Below, in pieces: positions 14,841 to 25,313 of a stretch of DNA of 64,000 nt. The notes below the pieces were generated by a model that was given only the letters and a program-made list of their open reading frames with translations, ran no database searches and was not told the DNA's origin. Source of the DNA: an uncultured Acidimicrobiaceae bacterium (lineage in GTDB: Bacteria > Actinomycetota > Acidimicrobiia > Acidimicrobiales > Bog-793); the NCBI GenBank assembly GCA_963785415.1, contig CAWAVB010000002.1, forward strand, positions 13,434 through 77,433, read 5' to 3'. How positions within the stretch are numbered: the first letter of the stretch is position 1; each line of letters opens with the position of its first letter. The translations under genes were made by a program, and so were the position numbers.

Positions 14841-16334
14841 TCAGGACTCGTCAGCTTCGGCTTCGGCGGGCGCGTCGACGACCTGGTCGACGGCCGGTGT
14901 CTCCGGCTCGACGGCCGGGACGGCCTCGGGTTCCGCGGCCGGCTCGGCCCCGGAATCCTCGTCGGATGCGTCCTCAGAGCCGACGTCGGCCGCGAACTCC
15001 TCGGCCCAGGCGGCCTGCGCCTCGGTCTCCGGGGTGAAGGGCGCCGGCGTGTACTCGAAGCCCCCGATGTAGTTGCCCTCGGCGTCGTAGGCGTGCTCGC
15101 CGAACGCCTCGCGGTACTCCTCGGCGACCTCGCCGCCCTCGGCCGCCTGCTTGATCGACAGGCTGATCCGGCGGCGGTGCAGGTCGATGTCGATGATCTT
15201 CACCCACAGCTCCTCGCCGGAGGTGACCACCTGCTCGGGCAGGTCGACGTGGTGCGCCGCCATCTCCGAGATGTGGACGAGACCCTCGATGCCATCGCCG
15301 ACCTGGACGAAGGCGCCGAAGGGCACGAGCTTCGTGATCCGGCCGTAGACGAGCTCGCCGACGTGGTGCGCGCTGGCGAACTCCTGCCACGGGTCGGACT
15401 GGGTTGCCTTCAGCGAGAGCGAGATCCGCTCCTTGTCAAGGTCGACGTCGAGCACCTGGACCGTCACCTCGTCGCCGACCTGGACGACGGACGACGGGTG
15501 GTCGACGTGCTTCCACGACAGCTCCGAGACGTGGATGAGACCGTCCATGCCGCCGAGGTCGACGAAGGCGCCGAAGTTCACGACCGAGGAGACGACGCCC
15601 TTGCGGATCTCGCCGGGCTTCAGGTTCACGAGGAACTCGCCGCGCTGTTCTTTCTGGGTCTCCTCGAGCCAGGCTCGCCGGGAGAGCACGACGTTGTTGC
15701 GGTTCTTGTCGAGCTCGATGATCTTGGCCTCGATGACCTTGCCGATGTACGGCTGGAGGTCGCGCACCCGCCGCAGCTCGACGAGCGAGGCGGGCAGGAA
15801 GCCGCGCAGCCCGATGTCGAGGATGAGACCGCCCTTCACGACCTCGATGACCGGACCCTCGACGATGCCGCCGGACTCCTTGATCCGCTCGATGTCGCCC
15901 CACGCCCGCTCGTACTGGGCGCGCTTTTTCGACAGGACCAGCCGGCCCTCCTTGTCCTCTTTCTGGAGGACGAGCGCCTCGACCTCGTCGCCGACGCTGA
16001 CGATCTCGTGGGCGTCGACGTCGTGGCGGATCGAGAGCTCGCGCACCGGGATCACGCCCTCGGACTTGTACCCGATGTCGAGGAGCACCTCGTCGTTGTC
16101 GACCTTCACGATCGTGCCCTTCACGATGTCACCCTCGTCGAAAGCAACCATCGTCTGGTCGACGGCGTCGTCGAACGACAGCGAGCCGAGGTCGTCCTCG
16201 GTGATCGTGTTGTAGGTGTAGCTGTCGTTCTCGGCGGCGGGGGTGGGCGCGGCAGGCGGCGGGGTGGTGCTCGTCGTGACGGCCTCCTCGACCGGGGTCG
16301 GCTCGGAGGTGGCGTCGGGGGTGGTCTCGGACAT
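14841..16334 (-). CDS. rpsA: 30S ribosomal protein S1
   Basis: Four S1 domains (DIGYKSEGVIP, DIGLRGFLPASL, DLGGMDGLIHVSELSW, EGLVHISEMA). ATG at 16334. Confidence 0.96.
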   Translation of the reverse strand: MSETTPDATSEPTPVEEAVTTSTTPPPAAPTPAAENDSYTYNTITEDDLGSLSFDDAVDQTMVAFDEGDIVKGTIVKVDNDEVLLDIGYKSEGVIPVRELSIRHDVDAHEIVSVGDEVEALVLQKEDKEGRLVLSKKRAQYERAWGDIERIKESGGIVEGPVIEVVKGGLILDIGLRGFLPASLVELRRVRDLQPYIGKVIEAKIIELDKNRNNVVLSRRAWLEETQKEQRGEFLVNLKPGEIRKGVVSSVVNFGAFVDLGGMDGLIHVSELSWKHVDHPSSVVQVGDEVTVQVLDVDLDKERISLSLKATQSDPWQEFASAHHVGELVYGRITKLVPFGAFVQVGDGIEGLVHISEMAAHHVDLPEQVVTSGEELWVKIIDIDLHRRRISLSIKQAAEGGEVAEEYREAFGEHAYDAEGNYIGGFEYTPAPFTPETEAQAAWAEEFAADVGSEDASDEDSGAEPAAEPEAVPAVEPETPAVDQVVDAPAEAEADES

Positions 16335-16508
16335 CAGTTGGTTGGCCTTTGGGTTGTCACGTCGGCGCCGCGTGGAACGCATACGTCGGCGGCGCGGTGG
16401 ATGGATGGGTTGGCCGGCCACCCCGCCGGAGGGCGGGAAACCGGTGGTGTCCCCGGCGTGAAGTCGCCGGGCGACACGTGCTCGCAATGTTACACATCGA
16501 TGTCGGCA

Positions 16509-19235
16509 CTATTTCGCTGCGGCCCAGGTCTTGCCCCACGACAGGTGCACGGCGAGCGGGACGCGGAGCGGATAGGCGTGCTCCATCGACTCGCGCACGA
16601 TCGCCTCGGCGACGTCGTGCTCGGAATCGGGGACCTCGACGAGCACCTCGTCGTGGACCTGCAGGACGAGACGGGAGGCGTGGCCGCCGGACTCGAGCGC
16701 CGCGTCGAGCCGCACGAGGGCGAGCTTGAAGATGTCGGCGGCGAGCCCCTGGATGCCGGCGTTCATCGCCTGGCGCTCGGCGGCCTGACGGATCCGGTGG
16801 TTGTCCGAGACGAGCTCCGGGATGTAGCGGCGCCGCCCGAGCTCGGTGACCGTGTAGCCCCGGGCCCGGGCCTCGGCCACGGAGCGCTCCATGTAGGCCC
16901 GGACGGCCGGGAAGGCGGTGAAGTACTGGCCGAGGATCTCCGCGGCCTCGTCGAGCCCGACGCCGAGCCGCTGGGAGAGCCCGTAGGCCTCCATGCCGTA
17001 GGCGAGGCCGTAGGAGACCATCTTCGCCTTGGACCGCTGGGCGGTCGTCACCTCGCCCGGCTCGACGCCATAGATGCGCGACGCCGTCGCGGCGTGGATG
17101 TCGTGGCCGGCGGCGAACTCCTCGACGAGGCCGGGGTCGCCCGTCAGGTGGGCGATCACCCGCAGCTCGATCTGGTTGTAGTCCGCGATCAGGAACTCGG
17201 TCCCGGCCGCGGGCACGAAGGCCTCGCGGATTCTCCGGCCGTCCTCGGTGCGGACCGGGATGTTGTGGAGGTTCGGGCGGTCCGAGGAGAGCCGCCCGGT
17301 GCGGGCGACCGTCTGGTTGAACGAGGCGTGGATCCGCCCGTCGGTGGCGACCTCGGCGAGCAGCCCCTCGCCGTAGGTGGAGCGAAGCTTCTCGACCTCC
17401 CGGTAGCGCAGCAGGGTTGCGACGATCGGGTGGGCGTCGCGCAGCTTCTCGAGCGTCGCCGCGTCGGTCGAGTAGCCGGTCTTCGTCTTGCGCTGCGGGG
17501 TGAGCTTCAGCTTGTCGTAGAGGATCGTGCGCAGCTGCGTCGACGAGTTCACGTTGAACTCCTCGCCGGCGAGCCCGTGGAGCTGGGCCTCCAGCTTCGC
17601 CGCTTCCTCGGTGAGCTCGGCGTTGATCCCGCGCAGCCGGGCCACGTCGACGGCGATCCCGGCGACCTCCATCCTGGCGAGGACGCGGATGAGCGGGAGC
17701 TCGATCTCCTCGTAGAGCTCCCGCCCCCCGATCCCGTCGAGCTCGGCGAGGAGCCGCGCCCCGAGGCCCGCGACGAGCTCGGCCCGCCGGGCCGTCGCCT
17801 CGACGAGGCCCGTCGCGCTCTCCTCGGCGGCCCCGAGGTCGAAGCCGAGCTGCCCGGCCCCGGCCGGTGGCGCGCCCGTCATCCCCCGCCGCTCGGCGAG
17901 CTCGTCGAGGGTCGCGGCCCCGTCGGCGGGGTCGAGCACGTAGGCGATGACTGCGGTGTCGAGTTCGAGCGCCGTCGTGTCGATCCCCCGCGGCAGCAGC
18001 ACCCGCATCAGCTCCTTCACCCGGTGCCCGACGAGCCGGCGGCGCGGGGCCCGACCGGCGGGGCCGCCGAGGACCGCGGAGAGCGGCGCGGCGAGCTCGT
18101 CCGAGCCGACGAGACCGCCCGCCACGACGACGACGTCCCCGTCCCCGGGCGGGCAGAAGGCGAGCGCCTCGACCGCCGCCCTCCCGGGCACCCCCGCCCA
18201 GGCCGGCTCCAGGCCGATCCAGCCCTCGTCCCGGGCCGCCCGGTCGACCAGCGCGAGTGCCTCGGCGGCGGCCGTGGAGGTGTCGGGCGAACAGACCTTC
18301 CGCGTCGACGGGGCCGCGGGCTCGGGGGTCAAGGTGGGGGTCGCGGCGCCGAGACCGGCGGCGTCGAGGACCGCGAAGAGCCGGTCGCGGGGCGTGCGCA
18401 TCTCGAGAAAGTTGAAGAGCCGCTCGAGGGCCTCGCGGTCGGGGGCGGCGAATCTCAGGGCCGCAAGGTCGAGGCCCAACGGCACGTCGCGCACAAGCGG
18501 CGTCATCCGCAGGTTCGACCGCACCTGTGCCTCGTTGGCGGCGAGCGACTCCCGCAGCTTCGGGGTGCACTCGTCGAGGTGGGCGTAGAGCCCGTCGACG
18601 TCGTGGTAGGACGTGACGAGCTTCGCCGCCGTCTTCTCGCCGACCCCGGGAACGCCGGGCAGGTTGTCCGACGGGTCGCCGCGCAGCGAGGCGAGGAGCG
18701 GGTAGTCGGCGGGCCTGACCCCGGTGCGCTCCACGATCCCCACCTCGTCGTAGAGGGCGTAGTCGGACATGCCGCGCCGGTTGTAGAGCACGCGGACGTG
18801 CGGGTCCTCGACGAGCTGGAACGAGTCGCGGTCCCCCGTCACGATGACGACGTCGGACCCAGCCTCGCGCAGCTGCGTCGCGAGCGTCGCCAGGATGTCG
18901 TCCGCCTCGTAGCCGACGGCGTCGACGGCCGGGACGCCAAGGGCCGTCACGAATTGCCGGATGAGCTCGACCTGCGCGATGAGCGGCTCCGGCGTCGGCG
19001 GGCGGCCCGCCTTGTAGTCGGCGACGAGGGCGTCGCGGAACGTCGGCTCATGGCGGTCGAAGGCGACCGCCATGCCGTCGGGGTGGAAGTCAGCGACCAT
19101 CTTCGTCGTCATGGCGACGAATCCGTAGACGGCCTGCGTCTCCTGGCCCGAGGAGGTCGCCATGCCCGCGTCCTGGAGCGCGAACCAGGCGCGGAACGCG
19201 AGGCTGTGCCCGTCGAGCAGCAGATAGGTCGCCAC
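16509..19235 (-). CDS. polA: DNA polymerase I
   Basis: LLDGHSLAFRA 5'-3' exonuclease; TGRLSSDRPNLHNIP, ADYNQIELR, LQVHDE polymerase motifs. Confidence 0.98.
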   Translation of the reverse strand: MATYLLLDGHSLAFRAWFALQDAGMATSSGQETQAVYGFVAMTTKMVADFHPDGMAVAFDRHEPTFRDALVADYKAGRPPTPEPLIAQVELIRQFVTALGVPAVDAVGYEADDILATLATQLREAGSDVVIVTGDRDSFQLVEDPHVRVLYNRRGMSDYALYDEVGIVERTGVRPADYPLLASLRGDPSDNLPGVPGVGEKTAAKLVTSYHDVDGLYAHLDECTPKLRESLAANEAQVRSNLRMTPLVRDVPLGLDLAALRFAAPDREALERLFNFLEMRTPRDRLFAVLDAAGLGAATPTLTPEPAAPSTRKVCSPDTSTAAAEALALVDRAARDEGWIGLEPAWAGVPGRAAVEALAFCPPGDGDVVVVAGGLVGSDELAAPLSAVLGGPAGRAPRRRLVGHRVKELMRVLLPRGIDTTALELDTAVIAYVLDPADGAATLDELAERRGMTGAPPAGAGQLGFDLGAAEESATGLVEATARRAELVAGLGARLLAELDGIGGRELYEEIELPLIRVLARMEVAGIAVDVARLRGINAELTEEAAKLEAQLHGLAGEEFNVNSSTQLRTILYDKLKLTPQRKTKTGYSTDAATLEKLRDAHPIVATLLRYREVEKLRSTYGEGLLAEVATDGRIHASFNQTVARTGRLSSDRPNLHNIPVRTEDGRRIREAFVPAAGTEFLIADYNQIELRVIAHLTGDPGLVEEFAAGHDIHAATASRIYGVEPGEVTTAQRSKAKMVSYGLAYGMEAYGLSQRLGVGLDEAAEILGQYFTAFPAVRAYMERSVAEARARGYTVTELGRRRYIPELVSDNHRIRQAAERQAMNAGIQGLAADIFKLALVRLDAALESGGHASRLVLQVHDEVLVEVPDSEHDVAEAIVRESMEHAYPLRVPLAVHLSWGKTWAAAK

Positions 19236-19318
19236 ACGTCGATGGTAGGCGTCGTGCCGGAATATCGCCGCGGCCGGCCAGGGACGTCCCAGGTCGGCGA
19301 CCGGTACGATCGAGCAGC

Positions 19319-19996
19319 GTGCCAGAAGGCTTCCATCCTCCGCTCGAGGAGTACCTCGAGACGATCTACGCCCTCGAGGAAGAACACGTCCCGGTAATCC
19401 AGGCGCGCCTCGTCGAGCGGCTCGGCCACACGCCGCAGGCGGTCTCGGAGATGATTCGCCGGCTCTCCGACGAGGGCTACGTCGGCCGTGCCGGCCGGGG
19501 CCTCGAGCTCACCGACAGGGGCCACCGCCGCGCCGAGAGCGTCGTGCGCAAGCACCGCCTCGCCGAGCGGTTCCTCGTCGACGTCGTCGGGCTGCCCTGG
19601 TACGAGGCGCACCACGAGGCGGGCCGCTGGGAGCACGTCATCTCCGAGGAGGTCGAGGCCCGGTTCGTCGCGATCCTCAACAACCCGACGACCTGCCCGC
19701 ACGGCAACCCGATCCCCGGAACGGCCCGCGACCCCGTGCCGCAGCACCCCCTCACCGAGATCGCCGCGGGGACGCCGATGACGCTCGCCCGCATCACCGA
19801 GCTGGTCGAGTCCGATCGCGACGCCCTCGTCTATCTGAGCGACCACGGGCTCGTGCCCGGACGCAAGGGACGGATCCGCAGTCGCGCCCCCGACGGCACC
19901 CTCACCCTCGAGCTCGATGACGACGACACGGCCACGCCGCGCACCGTCGCGGTGGGGCCCGCGCTCGGCGGTCAGCTCTTCGTCACGACCGCCTGA
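19319..19996 (+). CDS. DtxR/MntR/IdeR family metal-dependent transcriptional regulator with C-terminal FeoA-like domain
   Basis: EEYLETIY, KHRLAERFL, HHEAGRWEH, TCPHGNPIP. Confidence 0.92.
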   Translation: MPEGFHPPLEEYLETIYALEEEHVPVIQARLVERLGHTPQAVSEMIRRLSDEGYVGRAGRGLELTDRGHRRAESVVRKHRLAERFLVDVVGLPWYEAHHEAGRWEHVISEEVEARFVAILNNPTTCPHGNPIPGTARDPVPQHPLTEIAAGTPMTLARITELVESDRDALVYLSDHGLVPGRKGRIRSRAPDGTLTLELDDDDTATPRTVAVGPALGGQLFVTTA

Positions 19997-20105
19997 CGAA
20001 GTCCCGCGCCGAGAGCTGCCGGGCGCCGAGCGTGAACTGCCCCGGGTGGTCGCGGCCCTCATCCGCCGCGACCAGCCGGATCGGCCCCGCGACCACAATG
20101 GGCCG

Positions 20106-21272
20106 ATGCGTACGCGCCTTGCCACGGTCGCGATCGCCTGCGCGGCGGTTACTGCGGCCCTGTTTGGGGCCCAAGTCGGTGCCGCCACGATCGCCGCGGG
20201 ATCGGCGGGCCACCGTGGCGCGTCCGGTTTCGATCCGCTCTACACCCAGCGGATCGGATCGTCGTCCGACGTCATCGTCGTCGGGACGCGATCGTGCGCG
20301 AAGGAGCCCTGCCTCGAGGTCCTCCTGACGGCGAACGACGGCAAGACCTTCACGAGACTCGGGTCACCCCCCATCACGGGCGCGAGCAACGGCTCCATCG
20401 GCCCGGGCTCACTCGACGGTCTCGTGTTCGCCAACACCCAAGACGGGTACGCGATCGAACAGCGCACGAGCCTCTCGGCGACGACGCTGTACGCGACCTT
20501 CGACGGCGGTCGGACGTGGCACCGGGAACCCCTCGACCCGCAGGTGTCCGTCGAGGCCGAGGCGGCCACCGCTCACCGCTTCTACTTCGTCCTCGCCGCG
20601 TGCACGGGAAAGGATCAATCGCCGTGCAGGTGGAGCCTCGCGGTCTCACGGACCGGAACGTCCGCCCGGACGACGCGGTCGTTCCCGGACGCCACGCAGA
20701 TCACACAAAACGGGTTTGCCGAGATCGGTCGCGGTCTCGGTGTCTGGGGACGTGACGTCTGGATCTCACTCCAGTCGCCCCGCCAGGTCCTCGCCATCTC
20801 GCACGACGATGGGAACACGTTCACGCTGCAAAGCGACGAGACGCTCGGCAGCGTCGCCGGTTGCTCGCTCACGGCGGAGTCGGCCGACCAGATCTGGGCC
20901 GAGTGCCCGACCGGATCGCTGGTGAGCTTCGCCCGTTCGGGCGACGGGGGCGCGCACTTCGGACTCCTGCGGTTACCGGGCGTCTTCTACGGCACGGGGG
21001 GTGGCGACTTCACGCCGGTGACAGGCTCGGTCGCCTACCTCTACAACCGCGCCACATACCTGTGGGGGAACGTGGTCAACCCCTTCGAGCTCTACCGCAC
21101 GACCGACGGCGGGAGGAGCTTCACGCCCGTCGGCAGGCTCCCCCTGCCGTCGGGCTGGCTCGTCTTCACGAGCCGCGACGACGGCCTCGCCGTCGGCTAC
21201 CCGCCGAGCGGGTCCCGCGTCCTGCTGCGGACGACCGACGGCGGGCGCCACTGGCAGACCGCCTCGACCTGA
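20106..21272 (+). CDS. Secreted BNR/Asp-box beta-propeller protein (Ycf48/sialidase-like)
   Basis: Signal peptide; repeated Asp-boxes (TANDGKTF, TFDGGRTW, SHDDGNTF, SGDGGAHF, TTDGGRSF, TTDGGRHW). Confidence 0.8.
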   Translation: MRTRLATVAIACAAVTAALFGAQVGAATIAAGSAGHRGASGFDPLYTQRIGSSSDVIVVGTRSCAKEPCLEVLLTANDGKTFTRLGSPPITGASNGSIGPGSLDGLVFANTQDGYAIEQRTSLSATTLYATFDGGRTWHREPLDPQVSVEAEAATAHRFYFVLAACTGKDQSPCRWSLAVSRTGTSARTTRSFPDATQITQNGFAEIGRGLGVWGRDVWISLQSPRQVLAISHDDGNTFTLQSDETLGSVAGCSLTAESADQIWAECPTGSLVSFARSGDGGAHFGLLRLPGVFYGTGGGDFTPVTGSVAYLYNRATYLWGNVVNPFELYRTTDGGRSFTPVGRLPLPSGWLVFTSRDDGLAVGYPPSGSRVLLRTTDGGRHWQTAST

Positions 21273-21282
21273 CCGCCGACGA

Positions 21283-22597
21283 TCAGTCCCCCAGTACCCC
21301 CTCCGGGTTGCCCTGGTTCCTCGGGATCGGCGGCGGGTCGCGCGTGAACGCCTTTTTCACCGCGTCGAGACCGGTCGCCGCATGCACGCGATTCGTCACG
21401 CCCTGGCTGAACGACTTGATGATCCCCACGCCGACGCTGCCGGTGAGCCCGAGCGCGCTCAGCGCCGACAGGGGTGCTTGGTAACTCGTTCCAGAAGAGA
21501 CGAGGAAGTACAGGCAGACCCCGAGAGCACCGGACGTAACCGCGCCGACGACGATCTCCGGCAGGTAGAAAGCGAAGATATGCCGGCTGCTCCGCGAACG
21601 CGTCCGCGATTGTCCCGAGATCACCGAAATCCGTGGAATCGGCCGCCATCAGCAGCAGGTCTTTCCATTTCTTGACTTGGATCTTCAGGTCCTTGGCCGC
21701 TTCTGCCCGGAAGGCCTGGTTGCCGTCCTTCTCGTCGGCCTCCCAGGAATCCAACAGGTCCTTCGCGAATTGCTCCCATTTCCCGAGCGCGAATTCGATC
21801 GCGGACGCTGACACCGACGGGAGAACGGTCAACGACAAGCGGTCGAGGAGCAGTCTGAGGGCCGTAGCTCGCTCGCCGCCAAGCAGCTTCTTCCATGACT
21901 CCGGACCGGACCTGGCGTCGGGGTCGAGAGCCCAATAAATCTCCGCAAGCCCGCGGCCGAGCTGATAGGAGCTGGAAGTCCCGTACTCCTGCGCCGCGAG
22001 CTCGTCCTGGATGGCCTCGTCCCAGGCCCAGAGGAAGCCTTCGAGTTGCTCTCTGGCCTCCTCGGCCCCAAGGTTCACCGAGTCGTTCGCCTCATCCGCG
22101 GCGAGGCCGAGGGTGGGGCCGAGACCTTTCCAGTTGAGGGCTCGCAGGTGCCGCCACGTGAGCAGGCGCAACAGGCCGGAGGCCGTCGTCTCGCTTGTCT
22201 TTGGCCGTTCCGTCGGCATCGTCAGCGTGGAAACCTCAAGGTCGAGCCCCGACTGTGTTGCCAGGCTCGCCAGAACCTTCACCGCTTCGACCGCTTGCTC
22301 GCAGCTCGTCCGTTCGCCGGCCGCGTCGAGCGGCAACGTCGGGAATCCTTGGGGCAAGCCGCCGGGGGCCTTGCCCATCCTCAGCAGGTTCCCCCTCGCC
22401 TCCGCCATCATCCAGCCGACGCGGAGAGCCGCGTACTTGGAGGAGTTATCCGCTTTGCCATCCGGCGCGGCTCCGCCACCGGCCGCCTTCGATCCGGCCG
22501 AACCGACGGGTCCCCTAGTTCCGGTGACCTTGGGCGGGGCGTGTCCGGAACCCAACGGATCCGGCGTGGTTCGTTGAGGGCTTTGCTGTCCGCTCAT
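21283..22597 (-). CDS. Hypothetical helical protein with two C-terminal TM helices; 1-base frameshift near 21590-21630
   Basis: ORF 22597-> loses protein-like composition after ~21600, while overlapping ORF 21283-21624 carries two hydrophobic helices (FAFYLPEIVVGAV.., LSALGLTGSVGVGII). Confidence 0.6.
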
Positions 22598-22799
22598 GAT
22601 CCGGCCTTCCCGACATGACGAAGGCGTGAGCGACGGCCCGTGTAGCTGATCGGTTCCCCTTCGTCACCCTCAGCTGATCCGGAGAGGCGAGTCTTCGCAG
22701 CTGCCATCGGCTGGCTCCTCGCGCGTCACCGCAACCATAGGCCGCGCCGTCAGCGGGGTCGGGTGAGTTGCGACCTGCGTCGCCCGGTCCGGCCGCCGC

Positions 22800-24485
22800 T
22801 CAGGGACTGCGCGTCCCGGTCGGTCCGTCGGGCCGGTCGGCAACGAGGCGGACCATCTGCCGCCGCCAGGCGGACCGGGTCCGGGCCGCCTCGACGCTGT
22901 CGGGGTGCACGAGCCGGGTGAAGGTGGGTTGCCCGGGACCGCGGTGGTAGGCGGAAGCGCGGTCCTCGATCGCCATGTCGCCCTTGGTGTAGTGGGCCCG
23001 CTGGAGCAGGTAGCCGTGCCACGACGCGACGAGGAAGGTCTCCAGGAACTTGCCGTGCTCGGTCGAGTCCTCGAACACCCCCCAGCGCGTCCCGCCGAGC
23101 CGTCGTCGCACGATGCGCAGGTCGGCCATCGCGGCGAGGAAGTCGTCGACGTCGTCCTCGTCGATGCGGTACTCGACGAGGACGAGGACCGGTCCGTCGT
23201 CGGGGTGGACGTGCTCGCCAACGGTGAGCGCCGAGTGGGCGACGAGCTCGAGGGACCCCCGCTCGACGACCGGCAATCCGAAGCGCGGGATCACGAGGAT
23301 CCCCGGCAGCAGGGCGACCGCGGCGATGGCGAGCGTCGTGCGCAAGGGCAGGAAGGTGGCGACGACGCCGAAGGCGATCCCGCCCAGCACGAACGGTCCC
23401 TGCAGCACGACGTAGTAGATCGACAGGGCGCGGGTCTGGACCCACTGCGGGACGACCTGGCGGGCCGCGATGGTCAGCGTCGTCGTCGACCAGACCCAGC
23501 TCGCCCCCGTGACGACGAGCACGGGGCCCGCGACCCAGCGGTTCGGCCAGACGATGAGCACGGCGAGGGCGGCCCCGTTGGCGAGGGCCGCCGCCGCGAC
23601 GAGGGCGTCGAGGTGCAGGTAACCCCGCATGCTCGGCAGCGCGACCGCGGCGGCCATCGCGCCCGCCCCGCTCAAAGCGAGGAAAAGTCCGTACCCGAAA
23701 GCCGACGTGTGCAGGTAGTGGTCGGCGAACAGCGGGAACAACGCCCCGAGCGCCGCCGCCGGCGTGACGTAAAGGGCGGTGCGGACCGCCACGGCCCGCA
23801 GTCCCGGCGTGTTGACGAAGAACCGCCACCCCGACGAAACGGAACCGAGGAAGCTCTCGACCGCCGTCCCCCCGGGGGTCGAGAGCCGGAGGTTCGATCT
23901 CCCACGCCAGACATAGAGGAAGCCGACGAGCGGCAGCATGACCGCGCCGCACACCGCGAAGAACGCCGTGCTCCCCGCGTCGTGGACGATCACGCCACCG
24001 ACGACCGGCCCGACCAACTGGCCGATGTTCCACTCGAAGCTGTCGACGCTCATCGCGACGGGGATGAGCTCGGGCCGCACGAGGTTGGAGACCGTCGCCC
24101 ACCACGACGGCGACGACGTCCCGTTGGCGACGCCCATACCGGCCACCCCGATGAGCAGCGTGGCCGGGTTGAGGAGGTGGGCGGCAGAGACGAGGACGAG
24201 GAAGGCGACCGAGGTGACGAGGAGGATCTTCGAGACCAAAAGCACGCCGCGCCGGTCGCGGGAGTCGGCCGCGGCGCCGGACAGCATCACGACGAGGATG
24301 CCGGCGAGCGGGCTCATATCCGTGGCGAGCGCGACGAGCACCGGCGAGTGCGTCAGGCGCTCCATGATGAAGCCGCCGAGGAGGGCGACCATCCAGACGC
24401 CGACGTTGGAGAACATGCCGGTGCCCTCGAGCCAGCGGAAGGAGCGGCTTCTCAGGGGTTCGAGAAAGGCCGGCACCGCCGTCAA
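22800..24485 (-). CDS. MFS transporter (MFS_3 type) with C-terminal soluble extension
   Basis: About 12 TM segments, SGAAADSRDRR motif A variant, C-terminal VLVEYRI..RRRLGGTRWGVFED..FLETF tail typical of this family. Confidence 0.88.
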   Translation of the reverse strand: MTAVPAFLEPLRSRSFRWLEGTGMFSNVGVWMVALLGGFIMERLTHSPVLVALATDMSPLAGILVVMLSGAAADSRDRRGVLLVSKILLVTSVAFLVLVSAAHLLNPATLLIGVAGMGVANGTSSPSWWATVSNLVRPELIPVAMSVDSFEWNIGQLVGPVVGGVIVHDAGSTAFFAVCGAVMLPLVGFLYVWRGRSNLRLSTPGGTAVESFLGSVSSGWRFFVNTPGLRAVAVRTALYVTPAAALGALFPLFADHYLHTSAFGYGLFLALSGAGAMAAAVALPSMRGYLHLDALVAAAALANGAALAVLIVWPNRWVAGPVLVVTGASWVWSTTTLTIAARQVVPQWVQTRALSIYYVVLQGPFVLGGIAFGVVATFLPLRTTLAIAAVALLPGILVIPRFGLPVVERGSLELVAHSALTVGEHVHPDDGPVLVLVEYRIDEDDVDDFLAAMADLRIVRRRLGGTRWGVFEDSTEHGKFLETFLVASWHGYLLQRAHYTKGDMAIEDRASAYHRGPGQPTFTRLVHPDSVEAARTRSAWRRQMVRLVADRPDGPTGTRSP

Positions 24486-24630
24486 CTCTAGGGACGTCCG
24501 CCGGACCCGTGGGGACCGGTCGTGACGGCGTTAGATTCAGTCCCAGATCACCTACTCGGCTCGAACGACTCTCTCGCGGTGTGGGGCCTTTGCTGAACGA
24601 TTTCCCACCAGCAGCGGGGAGACGGAGGAA

Positions 24631-25080
24631 ATGATGGGCAAGTCAACTCGTGATCGCAGGCGTCACCCGCTAGCGAAGTTGGTTCTCGTCGGGACGATCA
24701 GCCTCGGCGGAGCCGTGACGTTCGCCACCGCGACCGGCGCTTCGTCTTCGTCATCGTTCCGCATCACGAAGGTCGTTCCCGCCGTGAGCCACGTCACCCG
24801 CAACGGGCCGCGCGACCCGATCACGATCGACTGGGCGGGCGCCGCGACGTTCCCGATCACCGCCCATTACGCACCGGCGCCGGGCTGCGCCGGTGTCAAC
24901 GACTACTGCGCCTCCGAGACGGACACCTTCACGACCGGGACGCACGCGCTCGTCTGGAAGCAGGCGGCCTGGTGCACGGGGAATGGAGGCAGCAGCTACG
25001 GGACGTGGTACGTGTGGCTCACCGACGCGCACGGGCACCGGACGCCGAAGGTGAAGTGGTCCCTTAGCTGCTCGGGTTAG
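24631..25080 (+). CDS. Small secreted Cys-containing beta-sandwich protein
   Basis: SD GGAGG, signal peptide, four Cys, beta-strand pattern. Confidence 0.65.
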   Translation: MMGKSTRDRRRHPLAKLVLVGTISLGGAVTFATATGASSSSSFRITKVVPAVSHVTRNGPRDPITIDWAGAATFPITAHYAPAPGCAGVNDYCASETDTFTTGTHALVWKQAAWCTGNGGSSYGTWYVWLTDAHGHRTPKVKWSLSCSG

Positions 25081-25313
25081 GTACCACCTCCGGGGTAACG
25101 GTTCCAGGCGGGGGCTATCCCGCAGACGGACCGGAGTCGATGGCCCGAGCCACTACTCGTCCGGGCCCTAGCCGACACCGCGGCACCGTGGGGGACCTCC
25201 GGGTGAGGGACTCGCGATGCGTGTTCGGGCCCGGTTGACGCTCCCTTTCCGGCCGGGCCAGACGACCAGGTCAGCTCGCGTCGCCGCCGCGATCCCGGAG
25301 CCCTGGCGTGTCC

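Noticed and set aside
22598-22799. Riboswitch candidates here and at 2575-2736, 24486-24630 and 25081-25313
   Set aside because: No match to consensus motifs I can recall (TPP, SAM-IV, glycine, c-di-AMP, cobalamin); an Rfam scan would be needed.
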